The notes: generated from the letters alone by a model not told the origin. DNA of 64,000 bases from an uncultured Chloroflexia bacterium (GCA_963763775.1 CAVXPZ010000004.1:448001-512000), one strand, 5' to 3'. Shown: positions 46,930 through 57,015, numbered from the stretch's first letter. Translations and numbers: made by a program.

Positions 46930-47608
46930 GTCCCGCCCAGGGGGCGTGCGCGAGGACCATAGACGTGACGGCTGGACGCCGGTAGAGGTGGAGTACCGTT
47001 GTCCCACGAGCGCGGATGCTGCGGTCCGGGATCGAATCCCGAGGGTTTGGAAAGGTCAACGTCGAGAGCGTCGGCTGTCAGGCTCGGACGAGTCGCGACC
47101 GCGTTGAAGAACGGACTGCATGGGGTAGGCCGAGCCATCGAACTCGACGGTCTCCGGATCGCCGCGTCAGAGAGCCGCGACCGTGATCTGACGTATGACA
47201 GTCGCCAGCTGGATCGACCAGCCGGTGAGGGATGGCAGGTCGCGGCCAAGGTCGCCGTTGAGGAGGACGGTCTCGGGAAACGGGATGGCCTCCGTGTCGC
47301 TGGCCGAACGCGTCGTATGCGTCGGCCTGCTCGACAAAGGCCGCTGCGCCACCGGCCAGTCGCGATCGACGGACGCGCTACGGCTGCGAGGCGCGCATTG
47401 AGACGCACCACGGCTGCTCGAACCTCTGGACCGAGCCGCATCGATCGTCGTCGCCGCCAGGCTGGCGCTCGGCGAGGACGCGGCGGCAGGTGACGCAGCA
47501 TCGGCGTCGCGTCGTGTCGACGTCGGAACGGGACCGTGATGGATGGACTTGCGGTGGCGCCGACCGCGAGCCTGCGACCAGGAGGGCGACCATCAGTGGG
47601 CGCTTCAT
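46930..47608 (-). pseudogene. Degenerate or error-rich ORF for a putative exported protein; 3' end uncertain
   Basis: TAGCCT 6 nt before ATG 47608; signal-peptide-like MKRPLMVALLVAG; no continuous frame afterwards. Confidence 0.35.
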
Positions 47609-47708
47609 CGGCCGAGGCTACTCCACTGTCGGCTGGACGCGCAAGGTCAACTCGTGATCAGCGGCCGACCACGCGCGGGCGTCAAGCGGGCGGACTTCTA
47701 CCCGGCGA

Positions 47709-48398
47709 TCACGGCTCATCGACTAGCCGGCGCGCTCGGTCGAGGACCGCGTCGAACATGGTCGCAGTCAACCGGCCGGTGAACATGTTCTGCTGCGACG
47801 GGTGGTACGAGCCCAGCAGCACGTGTGGGCCGACCCGCGCCTCCGCGAGGTGCCCGAACTGGGGCTTGGGCCTCGCCTGATGGCCCATGTCGGCGAACGC
47901 ACGGATGGCCGCGTCCCAGCCGAACCCGCCGAGCGCGACGACGACCCGGAGCTCCGACAGCAGCCGCATCTCCCGGACGAGGAACGGTGCGCAGGCGTCG
48001 CGCTCGTCGACGGTCGGCTTGTTGGCGGGTGGCGCGCAGCGGACGGCCGCGGCGATGTACGTGTCGCTGAGGGTGAGCCCGTCGTCAGCCCGACGCGAGA
48101 TCGGCGACGAAGCCAGGCCGGCCCGGGAGAGCGCAGCGAACAGGAAGTCCCCGGAAGCATCGCCGGTGAACACGCGGCCGGTCCGGTTGCCGCCGTGGGC
48201 GGCCGGTGCCAGGCCGAGGAGCAGGATCCGCGCCTCCGGGTCGCCGAACCCCGGCACCGGCCGACCCCAGTAGGTCTCGTGGCGGAACCGCGCCACCCTG
48301 TCGCGGGCGACCCGCTCCCGCCACTCGACGAGCCGGGGGCAACGGCGACACTCGGTGATCTCGTTCGTGAGGGCGTCGAGCGCCACGCGGTCAGTCAC
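47709..48398 (-). CDS. Family-5 uracil-DNA glycosylase (UdgB-like, Fe-S)
   Basis: CRRCPRL, GLAPAAHGGNRTGRVFTGD, RCAPPANKP, YHPSQQN. Confidence 0.93.
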   Translation of the reverse strand: MTDRVALDALTNEITECRRCPRLVEWRERVARDRVARFRHETYWGRPVPGFGDPEARILLLGLAPAAHGGNRTGRVFTGDASGDFLFAALSRAGLASSPISRRADDGLTLSDTYIAAAVRCAPPANKPTVDERDACAPFLVREMRLLSELRVVVALGGFGWDAAIRAFADMGHQARPKPQFGHLAEARVGPHVLLGSYHPSQQNMFTGRLTATMFDAVLDRARRLVDEP

Positions 48399-48430
48399 GT
48401 CGCCGCTCGCCCACCCGCCCGACCATGCCG

Positions 48431-49231
48431 CTATTTGAGGAGCAGCTGGTCGAGCCGCCGCGACACGACGAGCAGCCCCGCCATCCCCATGACCGTCAGG
48501 TACACGACGTGGATCAGCAGGTCCGGGCTGATCGCGCCCACCGTGAGCGAGCGGATGAGGTCCACGCCCTGGTACAGCGGTGTCAGTCGGACGACCAACT
48601 GGAGTGCCGGCGGGTAGGTCGAGAGCGGGTAGAACGTGGCCGAGAAGAGGAACATCGGCAGGACGACCAGCTGGATGAGGTCGAAGTCCTGCCAGGTCTT
48701 CATGAAGGACGTGGCCGCCATGCCGACGGCCCCGAAAGCGAACCCGACGAGCAACGCCGCCGGGAACGCGAGGATGACCCACGGCGAGACGATGAGCCCG
48801 AGCACCGCCATCACGACCATGAACCCGATCGCGTACAGGCCACCGCGCATCAGCGCCCACGCCAGCTCGCCGACCGCGATGTCTCCGGGCGATAGCGGGG
48901 TCGACAGGATCGCCGTGAAGGTCTTGTTGTAGTTGAGCTTGAAGAAGAAGTTGAACGTGCTCTCGCTGATCGCGCCATTCATCGCCGCGCTCGCGAGCAG
49001 CGCCGGGGCGACGAACAGCTGATAGCTGATGGGCTGGCCGTCGGGTCCCGGCACGTCCCCGACGAGGGCGCCCAGCCCGAACCCGATGCTCAGCAGATAG
49101 AACAGCGGCTCGAAGAACCCGGACAGCAGGATGAGCCAGCCGTGGCGGTACAGGTAGAGGTTGCGCTCGACCAGGCGCCACGACCGACGACTGCCGATCA
49201 GGAAGGTAGAGCTCAGGGGCAGCGACGTCAT
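48431..49231 (-). CDS. ABC-2 exporter permease (NodJ-like)
   Basis: FEPLFYLL, FVAPALLA, TPL, PMFLFSATFYP. Confidence 0.88.
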   Translation of the reverse strand: MTSLPLSSTFLIGSRRSWRLVERNLYLYRHGWLILLSGFFEPLFYLLSIGFGLGALVGDVPGPDGQPISYQLFVAPALLASAAMNGAISESTFNFFFKLNYNKTFTAILSTPLSPGDIAVGELAWALMRGGLYAIGFMVVMAVLGLIVSPWVILAFPAALLVGFAFGAVGMAATSFMKTWQDFDLIQLVVLPMFLFSATFYPLSTYPPALQLVVRLTPLYQGVDLIRSLTVGAISPDLLIHVVYLTVMGMAGLLVVSRRLDQLLLK

Positions 49232-50043
49232 CAGCGGACCAGCTTCCGACGGATCGTCGTGACCATCAGGACGGTCCCGATCGCGAACATCGTCGTCAGG
49301 TAGACGACGTCGATCACGGCGGCCAGCGGGTCGTCGGCCACGGTGCCGAGCGACAGGGCGCGGGTCAGCTCGACGCCGTGGAAGAGCGGCGTGAACCAGG
49401 CGAGCACCTGCAGCGGCTCCGGCAGGCTGCTGATCGGGTAGAACGTGCCCGAGAACAGGAACAGCGGCGTGATCCCGAACCGGAAGATCGCATTGAACTT
49501 GCTCGGGGTCGGTTGGGTCGCCGCGAACGCGGCGATGGGGGCTGCGAACGCGAGTCCGGTCAGGACCGCGGCGGGGATCGCGAGCACGACGGTCGGCGAC
49601 GCCGCCGCGCCGAACAGCACGATCACGATCGTGAAGATCGTCGCGATCATGAGCATCCGGACCGCGATCCACGCGAGGTTGCCCAGGGCGATGTCCCGGG
49701 GCGAGATCGGCGTCGCGTGCATCGCCTGGAAGATCCGGGTCCAGATGAGTCCGCTCATGATCGGGAACATCGCCTCGAACGAGGCCGATTGCATGCAGGT
49801 CGCCGCCAGCAGCCCCGGGGCGAGGAACTGGAGGTACGAGACGCCGCCGAGCGCGGCCGTGTCGGCAGCACTGTCGACGTACGAGCCGAGGCCGATCCCC
49901 ATCGCGGTCAGGAAGAGGACCGGGGTGAGGAACGAGCTGAAGATGCTCGCGCGGTACGTCCGCCGGTACTGGAGGAACCGGTGCTCGAAGACCCGGCCGA
50001 TCGCCGACGTCTGACCCTGGGCGGCGCCGCTGATGGCGGTCAC
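49231..50043 (-). CDS. ABC-2 exporter permease (NodJ-like)
   Basis: YLQFLAPGLLA, ATPI, PLFLFSGTFYPI, TPLFHGV. Confidence 0.88.
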   Translation of the reverse strand: MTAISGAAQGQTSAIGRVFEHRFLQYRRTYRASIFSSFLTPVLFLTAMGIGLGSYVDSAADTAALGGVSYLQFLAPGLLAATCMQSASFEAMFPIMSGLIWTRIFQAMHATPISPRDIALGNLAWIAVRMLMIATIFTIVIVLFGAAASPTVVLAIPAAVLTGLAFAAPIAAFAATQPTPSKFNAIFRFGITPLFLFSGTFYPISSLPEPLQVLAWFTPLFHGVELTRALSLGTVADDPLAAVIDVVYLTTMFAIGTVLMVTTIRRKLVR

Positions 50044-50050
50044 GACGCGC

Positions 50051-50989
50051 CTACTCGATCAGCGAGCGGCCGGTCAGCCGCAGGAACACGTCCTCGAGGG
50101 ATGATCGGCGCACGAGGACGGCCTCCGGCTGGAGGCCGCGCTCGTGGACGGCCACGGCCGCCGCCTCGCCGTCGTCCGTGTAGAGGAGAACGCGGTCGGG
50201 AAGGTGCTCGGTGCGCTCCGCCAATCCCTCGAGCTGGCCGTCGAGCGTCTCGGCGACGCCGGGGGCGAAGCGGAGCTCCGTGACCTCCTTCGTCGAGTAC
50301 TGCTCGATGAGGCCGCGGGGGCTGCCCTCCGCCACGATCTTGGCCTTGTCCATGACGACGAGCCGGTCGCACAGCTGCTCGGCCTCGTCCATGTAGTGGG
50401 TCGTGAGGACGAGGGTCACGCCACGCTGCTTGAGCCGGTACAGCCGGTCCCAGAGAAGGTGCCGCGCCTGCGGGTCGAGGCCGGTCGTCGGCTCGTCGAG
50501 GAGGAGGACGTCCGGCTCGTTGATGAGCGATCGAGCGATCGTCAGACGGCGCTTCATGCCCCCCGACAGCGGCTCGACCTGATCGCCGCCGCGCTCGGTG
50601 AGCTGGGCGAAGTCGAGGAGTTCCTCGGCGCGTTTCGCGACCTCGGCCCGGGTCAGCCCGAAGTACCGCCCGTAGATGAGCAGGTTCTCGCGCACCGTGA
50701 GCTCGGTGTCCAGCGTGTCCTGCTGCGGGACCACGCCGAGACGGGCGCGGATCTGGGGACCCTGGGTCGTCGGGTCCATCCCCATGACCCGCAGCTCGCC
50801 GTCAGTGGTCGGCGACACGCAGCCGATCATCCGCATCGTCGAGGTCTTGCCGGCCCCGTTCGGCCCCAGAAAGCCGAACGATTCGCCGGGCGCGACATCG
50901 AAGTCGATGGCGTCCACGGCGGTGAAGTCACCGAAGCGCTTGGTCAGGCCGCGGGCATGGATGAGCGAGGCGTCGGGGGTCTCAGGCAT
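50051..50989 (-). CDS. ABC exporter ATP-binding subunit (NodI-like)
   Basis: GPNGAGKTS, GVVPQQDTLD, LSGGMKRRL, LDEPTTGLDPQAR, TTHYMDEAE. Confidence 0.92.
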   Translation of the reverse strand: MPETPDASLIHARGLTKRFGDFTAVDAIDFDVAPGESFGFLGPNGAGKTSTMRMIGCVSPTTDGELRVMGMDPTTQGPQIRARLGVVPQQDTLDTELTVRENLLIYGRYFGLTRAEVAKRAEELLDFAQLTERGGDQVEPLSGGMKRRLTIARSLINEPDVLLLDEPTTGLDPQARHLLWDRLYRLKQRGVTLVLTTHYMDEAEQLCDRLVVMDKAKIVAEGSPRGLIEQYSTKEVTELRFAPGVAETLDGQLEGLAERTEHLPDRVLLYTDDGEAAAVAVHERGLQPEAVLVRRSSLEDVFLRLTGRSLIE

Positions 50990-51034
50990 GGGCGGGCATG
51001 GTACTGCGACGGCCGGCTGGATGCTCACAGAAAC

Positions 51035-51054
51035 GTGCTACAGTCGAGTAGCAC
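51035..51054. promoter_or_regulatory. Palindrome GTGCTAC-N6-GTAGCAC overlapping an extended -10 (TGcTACAGT)
   Basis: Perfect 7-bp inverted repeat in the 116-bp gap between the ABC ATPase and the LLM-MenA fusion. Confidence 0.65.
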
Positions 51055-51105
51055 AAGCTTGCAGCGGCGTGCCGACGCCGCCCGCCCTCGAACGGAGCCA
51101 TCGCC

Positions 51106-53199
51106 ATGCGCACGCTCGCCCGTCCCATCGGTCTCGGTCTCGCCGCCCGTGGCGACGTGGAGGAGGTTGTGACCTGGGCGCGGCAGGCACGCGACCAGGG
51201 GCTCGATTCGGTCTGGGTCCACGACAGCTACTTCGAGCGGGACGGCGTCTCGTTCGCGACGGCCATCGCCCTCGCGATCGCGCTCGACGACGACGGCGAC
51301 GAAGCCGGCTTCCGCGTCGCGCTGGGCGCGGCCAACCCGTTCACCCGGCACCCGGTCGTCCTGGCCATGACCGGCTCGGCGCTCGACGAGATCCTGCCCG
51401 GACGGTTCGTGCTGGGCCTCGGGACCGGGCTGCCGCTGCGGCTCAAGCAGATGGGCATCCCGTACGAGCCGGATGCGGCCGTCGAGGGCGTGTCCCAGGC
51501 GATGGACCAGATCCGCGCCCTGTGGGTCGGCGAGCGCCTGCCGTCCGCCACCCCGGGCTTGCCGCCGATCCAGCCGATGTTCCCGCCGACGCACCGCATC
51601 CCGATCGTCATCGCGGCGTACCGCAAGGCGTTCGTGGAGCTCGCGGGCCAGAAGGCCGACGGCTATCTCGCGCGCCCGGCCGAGTCGATCCCGTCGCTGC
51701 GCGGGATCCTGGAACGACTCCGCGCGGCGGCCGTGGCCGCGGGCCGCGACCCGCACGAGATCGAGACCGCCGGGTACCTGCTGTCCCTCGTGGACAAGAC
51801 CCGCCGCGAGGCCCTCAACCGCGCGAAGCGCGAGCCGTTCGTCATCTACATGATGTCGGTGCTCTCGGACGTGTCGCTGCAGCGAGCGGGGTTCGACAAG
51901 GAGCTCCGCGACCGCATCGCCGCCGCCTGGCGGGCCGAGGACTACACGACCGCCGGCAACCTCATCCCCGACGAGCTGCTCGATGCGTTCATGTTGTGCG
52001 GCACGCGCGAGGACGTGGCCGCGGGCGCCATGGCCTACCACGCGCAGGCCGGGCTGCAGTTGCCGCTCCTCCAGCCGGTCCTCCAGGAGGACCGCCAGAT
52101 CGACGAGCTGATCGCCGCGGCGGCGATCTACGCCTCGGTCCCGAAGACCGCCGAAAGCGAGGTGCCGGCCCTCGCTGGGGCGGCCGTCGTCGGGGGCGGG
52201 GAGGGCTCCGGTACGGGCGCGCCCAGCGGCGCCTCGAACGGGACCCCGGTCACCAGCCTCGCCGACGATCGCCAGCTCGGGTTCCGGGACCGCGCGTCGC
52301 GACGCGCCGGGGCCTTGTACGAGATCCTCCGGCCGTTCGCGTTCACCGCCTCGGTCATCCCCGTCCTGGCGGGCGCGGCGCTCGCCTGGGTCGACGAGCT
52401 GTGGAACTGGGCGCCGTTCATCGCGGCCCTGCTCGGCGCCGTCTTCCTCCATGCCGGCACGAACATCGTCAATGAGGTCTACGACGTCCGGAAGGGCGTC
52501 GACTCGATCACGAGCCCGCGGGCCAGCCACGCGATCGTGAAGGGCCGGATGAAGGAGCGGACCGCGCTGATCATCGCGGGCGTCTTCTTCGCGCTCGCCG
52601 TCGTCGTCGGGCTGTACCTGGTCTGGCTGCGCGGGCCGGCGATCATCGTGCTCGGCGTCCTCGGCCTCATCGGGGGGTACGGCTATACCGCGCCGCCACT
52701 CGAGTACAAGAACCGCGCGCTCGGCGTGCCGATCGTCTTCCTGCTGATGGGCCCGCTCATGGTCGAGGGGTCGTACTTCGCGGTCAGCGGCGAGTGGTCC
52801 CTGACCGCGCTCGTGCTCTCGATCCCCGTGGGCCTCCTGGTCGCGGCGATCCTCCACGGCAACGAGTGGCGCGACATCCGCGAGGACAGCCGGGCCGGCA
52901 TCTCGACCATGTCCGCGAAGATCGGCCGACGATGGGCGCACTACGGGTACGTGGCGCTGGTGCTCGGCGCGTACATCGTGCTCGCTCTCGCGGTGATCGC
53001 CGACGTGCTGCCGGCCTGGACGATGCTCGCGATCCTGTCGCTGCCGTTCCTGGCGCAGGTCATCCGCTCCGCGGAGCTCGGCGCCACGGGCCAGGCCCGA
53101 GCCATCGCGATGATCGACCTCCAGACGGCCCGGCTGCATCTGGCCTTCGGGTCCTTGTTGGTGCTCGGGTTGGTGCTGTCCCGGGTCATCGGTGGCTGA
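51106..53199 (+). CDS. Fusion of an LLM (Mer-like) flavin/F420 oxidoreductase and a MenA/UbiA-type prenyltransferase
   Basis: N-half: DSVWVHDSY, NPFTRHPVVLA, GRFVLGLGTG, ELAGQKADG. C-half: ILRPF, NEVYDVRKGVD, YTAPP..YK..LG, NEWRDIREDSRAGIST. One 697-aa ORF. Confidence 0.88.
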   Translation: MRTLARPIGLGLAARGDVEEVVTWARQARDQGLDSVWVHDSYFERDGVSFATAIALAIALDDDGDEAGFRVALGAANPFTRHPVVLAMTGSALDEILPGRFVLGLGTGLPLRLKQMGIPYEPDAAVEGVSQAMDQIRALWVGERLPSATPGLPPIQPMFPPTHRIPIVIAAYRKAFVELAGQKADGYLARPAESIPSLRGILERLRAAAVAAGRDPHEIETAGYLLSLVDKTRREALNRAKREPFVIYMMSVLSDVSLQRAGFDKELRDRIAAAWRAEDYTTAGNLIPDELLDAFMLCGTREDVAAGAMAYHAQAGLQLPLLQPVLQEDRQIDELIAAAAIYASVPKTAESEVPALAGAAVVGGGEGSGTGAPSGASNGTPVTSLADDRQLGFRDRASRRAGALYEILRPFAFTASVIPVLAGAALAWVDELWNWAPFIAALLGAVFLHAGTNIVNEVYDVRKGVDSITSPRASHAIVKGRMKERTALIIAGVFFALAVVVGLYLVWLRGPAIIVLGVLGLIGGYGYTAPPLEYKNRALGVPIVFLLMGPLMVEGSYFAVSGEWSLTALVLSIPVGLLVAAILHGNEWRDIREDSRAGISTMSAKIGRRWAHYGYVALVLGAYIVLALAVIADVLPAWTMLAILSLPFLAQVIRSAELGATGQARAIAMIDLQTARLHLAFGSLLVLGLVLSRVIGG

Positions 53200-53939
53200 C
53201 CGGTCGGGGGTCGGTGGCGACGCGGCCGCGGCCGCGGGTGGCTCCGGCTCGGGCGTCGCGCCGAGAGCCGCAGCGCTCCCCGGCTCGGGCGTCGCGCCAG
53301 GCGCCCTCGGTGTCGGCCTCCTTGCGGCGCAGGCCGCGTTCGCCGCGACCTTCCGCGGCCCACGCGACCGCTTCTGGCACCGGATGACGCTGACCGGCCT
53401 GTCGCTCGGGTCGCTCGCGTTGCTGACCAGCCGGCCCGCGCGTCGGACACGGATCGGTCCGACCGAGGTCGCGCTCGGGCTCGCGTCCGCGGCAACGCTC
53501 TATGCCACCTTCCGGGTCGGCGACGCGTTCGCGCGGCGGTTCGTGCCGAGCGGCGATGCCGAGATCCGCGACATCTACACGTTGCGGACCCTGCGGCCGA
53601 AGCCGGAGATCGCGGCCCGTCTCGCGACGATCATCGGGCCTGCCGAGGAACTGTTCTGGCGCGGCCTCGTGCAGGAGGCGCTGATGGCCCGCTACGGCCG
53701 CTGGCCCGGGGCCGCGATGGCGGCGATGGCCTACGGCGGGGTCCACATCGTGACGGGCAACTTCACGCTGTTCGGCGCCGCGGGGATCGCGGGTGCCCAT
53801 TGGTGCGCGCTGTACGCGGCCGGCGTCCCGCTCGGGGCGCTGGTCGTCAGCCACGTCACGTGGGACGTCTGGATCTTCCTCATCCAGCCGACCGGCGAGA
53901 TCGCCCCGCTGACAACCCGCGGCCGCCGGCACGACGTAA
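53192..53939 (+). CDS. CPBP/CAAX-type intramembrane metalloprotease; 3' end uncertain (probable indel read-through)
   Basis: EELFWRG, YGGVH, SHVTWD motifs; overlaps the fusion gene by 8 nt. Confidence 0.82.
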
Positions 53940-54006
53940 GCGCCGGCGAAGCACTCCGACCACCCGGTAAGCCGTGGGCGAAGCGGCCGCCCGCCATCCT
54001 CGCGCG

Positions 54007-54760
54007 ATGGACATCGTCCGGTCGGCCTCGATCTGCGGGCGCTCCGCCACCGACGACGGCTGGACCCAGCGGCGCGCTCGCGAGCGAAGGCCAGGGTCTC
54101 GAGGTCGGTCGATCTGGCGTGATCGAGCGCGGTCATGCCGATCGACGTCGCGGTCGCGACGGTCGTCGCGCGTCGCGGCGGCCCTCGGCGGTCGGTATCG
54201 GTATCCGGCTGCTCTGGCACGGCGAAGGGCTCGACCGACTCCTCGACCGGCGTCACGCCGTCTCGTGGAACGCATGGTCGACGTCCTCCGGGACGAGGGA
54301 TGGGACGTCGACACCGAGGTGACCGTTCAGCGAGTTCGCGGCGAGCGCGGATCCGATCGACATCCTCGCGTTCCATGCCGGTGACCGGCGCCCTGCTCGT
54401 CATCGAGGTCAAGTCGGTCGTCCCCGACCTGCAGGCGATGCTCGTCGGCACTCGATCGGAAGGGCCGGCTTGCACCCGACATCGCCGCCGAGTCGGCTGG
54501 CGGGCGACGTCGGTCTCGCGGTTGCTGGTCCTCCCGGACGACCGGACGTCCCGACGTCGAATCGCGCATGCACGCGGCCACGTTCGCGATGGCCTTCCTG
54601 CCGACGCGGACGGTCGAGGTCCGAGCGGTGGCTCCGTCGGCCGGAGGCGCGATCGCGCGGCCTGTTGTTCCTGACAGATGCCACATCAGGCGGCCACACG
54701 TCACCGGGTCGGGGGCTCGCCAGCCAGACCCCGACGTCCGCGCGGAGCGCGCACGCTCGA
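54007..54760 (+). pseudogene. XRE-HTH plus PD-(D/E)XK nuclease-like protein, many frameshifts
   Basis: Pieces across frames: LRHRR/GWTQ...IERG; LLWHGEGLDRLLD; GWDVDTEVTF; IDILAFH; LLVIEVKS; RLLVLPDDRTSRRR. Confidence 0.65.
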
Positions 54761-54932
54761 GGCGTGAGATGTCGAGCGGCCGAACTCCTGACATCGGTCT
54801 CCGTCAGGCGGCCTCTGGCAGGAACCGCGGACGTAACGGCCAACCAGAGCGGCCGATGGCAGGAGATCGGGCCGGCGCGATCCGCGACCGCGCAGGCCAC
54901 GGCCCCGCCGACCGGCACGCCAACCCCCGAAT

Positions 54933-54965
54933 CGCGGAGCCCGGGCCGACGGCCCGGGCTCCGCG
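54933..54965 (-). terminator. GC-rich hairpin downstream of dnaK
   Basis: Perfect 15-bp stem cgcggagcccgggcc-gac-ggcccgggctccgcg, 26 nt after the dnaK stop; no clear U-tract. Confidence 0.7.
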
Positions 54966-54991
54966 TGTCCACGACTGATCGAGGCGGGGGC

Positions 54992-56965
54992 CTAGACCTC
55001 CTTGAACTCGCCTTCGACGGTCTCCTCGCCCTCGGGTGTCGAGCCCTCGGCGGAGCCGTCCCCGGCACCGGCCGAGCCGTCACCCGAGCCTGCGCCGGAC
55101 CCGTCATCGGCGCCCGAGCCGTTCCCGCCGTCCGTGCCGGCACCGGCCGCCGACGCGGCCTGGTACGCGGCCGTGGACACCCGGTTGAGGGTCTCGGCCA
55201 GGGACGTCATCTGGCTCTTCACCGCGTCGACGTCCGAGCCCTTGAGCGCCTCGCGCAGCCCCTCGACCTTGTTCTCGACCTCGATCTTGTCCTCGGACGA
55301 GATCTTGTCGCCGAGGTCCTTGACGACGCGCTCGGCCTGGAAGGTCAGGGCCTCCGCATCGTTGCGGACCTCGACCTCCTCGCGCCGTGCCTTGTCCTCG
55401 GACGCGTGCTCCTGCGCCTCTCGGACCATCTGGTCGACGGCGCTCTTGTCGAGCATCGACGACGCCGTGATCCGGACCTGCTGTTCCTTGCCGGTCGCCC
55501 GGTCCTTGGCCTTGACGTCGAGGATGCCGTTCGCATCGATGTCGAACGTGACCTCGATCTGCGGCACGCCGCGCGGCGCCGGCGGGATCCCGTCGAGGAT
55601 GAACCGGCCGAGCGTCTTGTTGTCCGCCGCGAAGTCGCGCTCGCCCTGGAGGACGTGGATCTCGACCTGCGACTGCGAGTCGCTCGCGGTCGAGAACACC
55701 TGCGACTTCGATGTCGGGATGGTGGTGTTGCGCTCGATGAGCTTCGTCATGACGCCGCCGAGCGTCTCGATGCCGAGCGAGAGCGGCGTGACGTCGAGCA
55801 GCAGGACGTCCTTGACGTCGCCCGCGAGGACGCCGGCCTGGATCGCCGCCCCGATGGCCACGACCTCGTCCGGGTTGACGCCCTTGTGCGGTTCCTTGCC
55901 GCCGAACATCGCCTTGACCGCCTCGACGACGGCCGGCATCCGCGTCATGCCGCCGACGAGGATGACCTCGTCGATGTCGCCGGCCTTGAGCCCGGAGTCC
56001 TTGATGGCGGCCTTGACCGGACCCTCGGTCTTCTTGACCAGGTCCGCGACCAGGTCCTCGAGCTTCGCCCGGGTCAGCGAGACCACGAGGTGCTTGGGGC
56101 CGGTGGCGTCGGCGGTGATGTAGGGGAGGTTGATCTCGGTCGTCGTCGTCGACGAGAGCTCGATCTTCGCTTTCTCGGCGGCCTCCTTGAGGCGCTGGAG
56201 GGCCTGCTGGTCCTTCGCGAGGTCGATGCCCTGATCCTTCTTGAACTCCGCGAGCAGCCACTCGATCACGCGCTGGTCGAAGTCGTCGCCGCCCAGGTGG
56301 GTGTCGCCGTTGGTCGCCTTGACCTCGAAGACGCCTTCGCCGAGCTCGAGGATCGAGATGTCGAACGTGCCGCCGCCCAGGTCGTAGACGGCGATCTTCT
56401 CGTCGCCCTTCTTGTCGAGGCCGTAGGCGAGCGCCGACGCGGTCGGCTCGTTGATGATCCGCTTGACGTCGAGGCCGGCGATCCGCCCGGCGTCCTTGGT
56501 CGCCTGGCGCTGGGTGTCGTCGAAGTAGGCCGGGACGGTGATGACCGCCTCGGTGATCTTCTCGCCGAGGTACGCCTCGGCGTCCGTCTTGAGCTTCTGG
56601 AGGATCATCGCGCTGATCTCGGGCGGCGTGTACGACTTGCCGTCGGCCAGGTCGACGGCGACGCCGTCGGACTTGCCGTCCTTGGCGACCGTGTACGGGA
56701 CGAGATCCTTCGAGCGCTTGACCTCCGGGTCGTCCCAGCGGCGGCCCATGAACCGCTTGATCGAATAGACGGTATTGGCCGGGTTGGTCACGGCCTGGCG
56801 CTTGGCGAGCTGGCCGACGAGCCGCTCCCCGGTCTTCGTGAAGGCGACGACCGAGGGGACCGTCCGGCCGCCCTCGGCGGACGCGATGACGGTGGGCTCG
56901 CCGCCCTCCATGACGGCGACGACGGAGTTCGTCGTCCCGAGGTCGATGCCGATGATCTTGCCCAT
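54992..56965 (-). CDS. dnaK: Chaperone DnaK
   Basis: [47 protein letters not shown]. Confidence 0.99.
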   Translation of the reverse strand: MGKIIGIDLGTTNSVVAVMEGGEPTVIASAEGGRTVPSVVAFTKTGERLVGQLAKRQAVTNPANTVYSIKRFMGRRWDDPEVKRSKDLVPYTVAKDGKSDGVAVDLADGKSYTPPEISAMILQKLKTDAEAYLGEKITEAVITVPAYFDDTQRQATKDAGRIAGLDVKRIINEPTASALAYGLDKKGDEKIAVYDLGGGTFDISILELGEGVFEVKATNGDTHLGGDDFDQRVIEWLLAEFKKDQGIDLAKDQQALQRLKEAAEKAKIELSSTTTTEINLPYITADATGPKHLVVSLTRAKLEDLVADLVKKTEGPVKAAIKDSGLKAGDIDEVILVGGMTRMPAVVEAVKAMFGGKEPHKGVNPDEVVAIGAAIQAGVLAGDVKDVLLLDVTPLSLGIETLGGVMTKLIERNTTIPTSKSQVFSTASDSQSQVEIHVLQGERDFAADNKTLGRFILDGIPPAPRGVPQIEVTFDIDANGILDVKAKDRATGKEQQVRITASSMLDKSAVDQMVREAQEHASEDKARREEVEVRNDAEALTFQAERVVKDLGDKISSEDKIEVENKVEGLREALKGSDVDAVKSQMTSLAETLNRVSTAAYQAASAAGAGTDGGNGSGADDGSGAGSGDGSAGAGDGSAEGSTPEGEETVEGEFKEV

Positions 56966-57015
56966 TGGCGTGGTGCTCCTTGGATCCTTAGAGGGGGGGT
57001 CGGTGTCGGGATGGA

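Noticed and set aside
47025-47050. tRNA T-arm-like string (gggatcgaatccc) as an integration-site remnant
   Set aside because: No GTTC match, no cloverleaf, and no second copy or integrase.
53192-54322. 376-aa CPBP ORF extending into the next gene
   Set aside because: Family similarity ends near 53900; the tail is read-through into the frameshifted HTH-nuclease gene.
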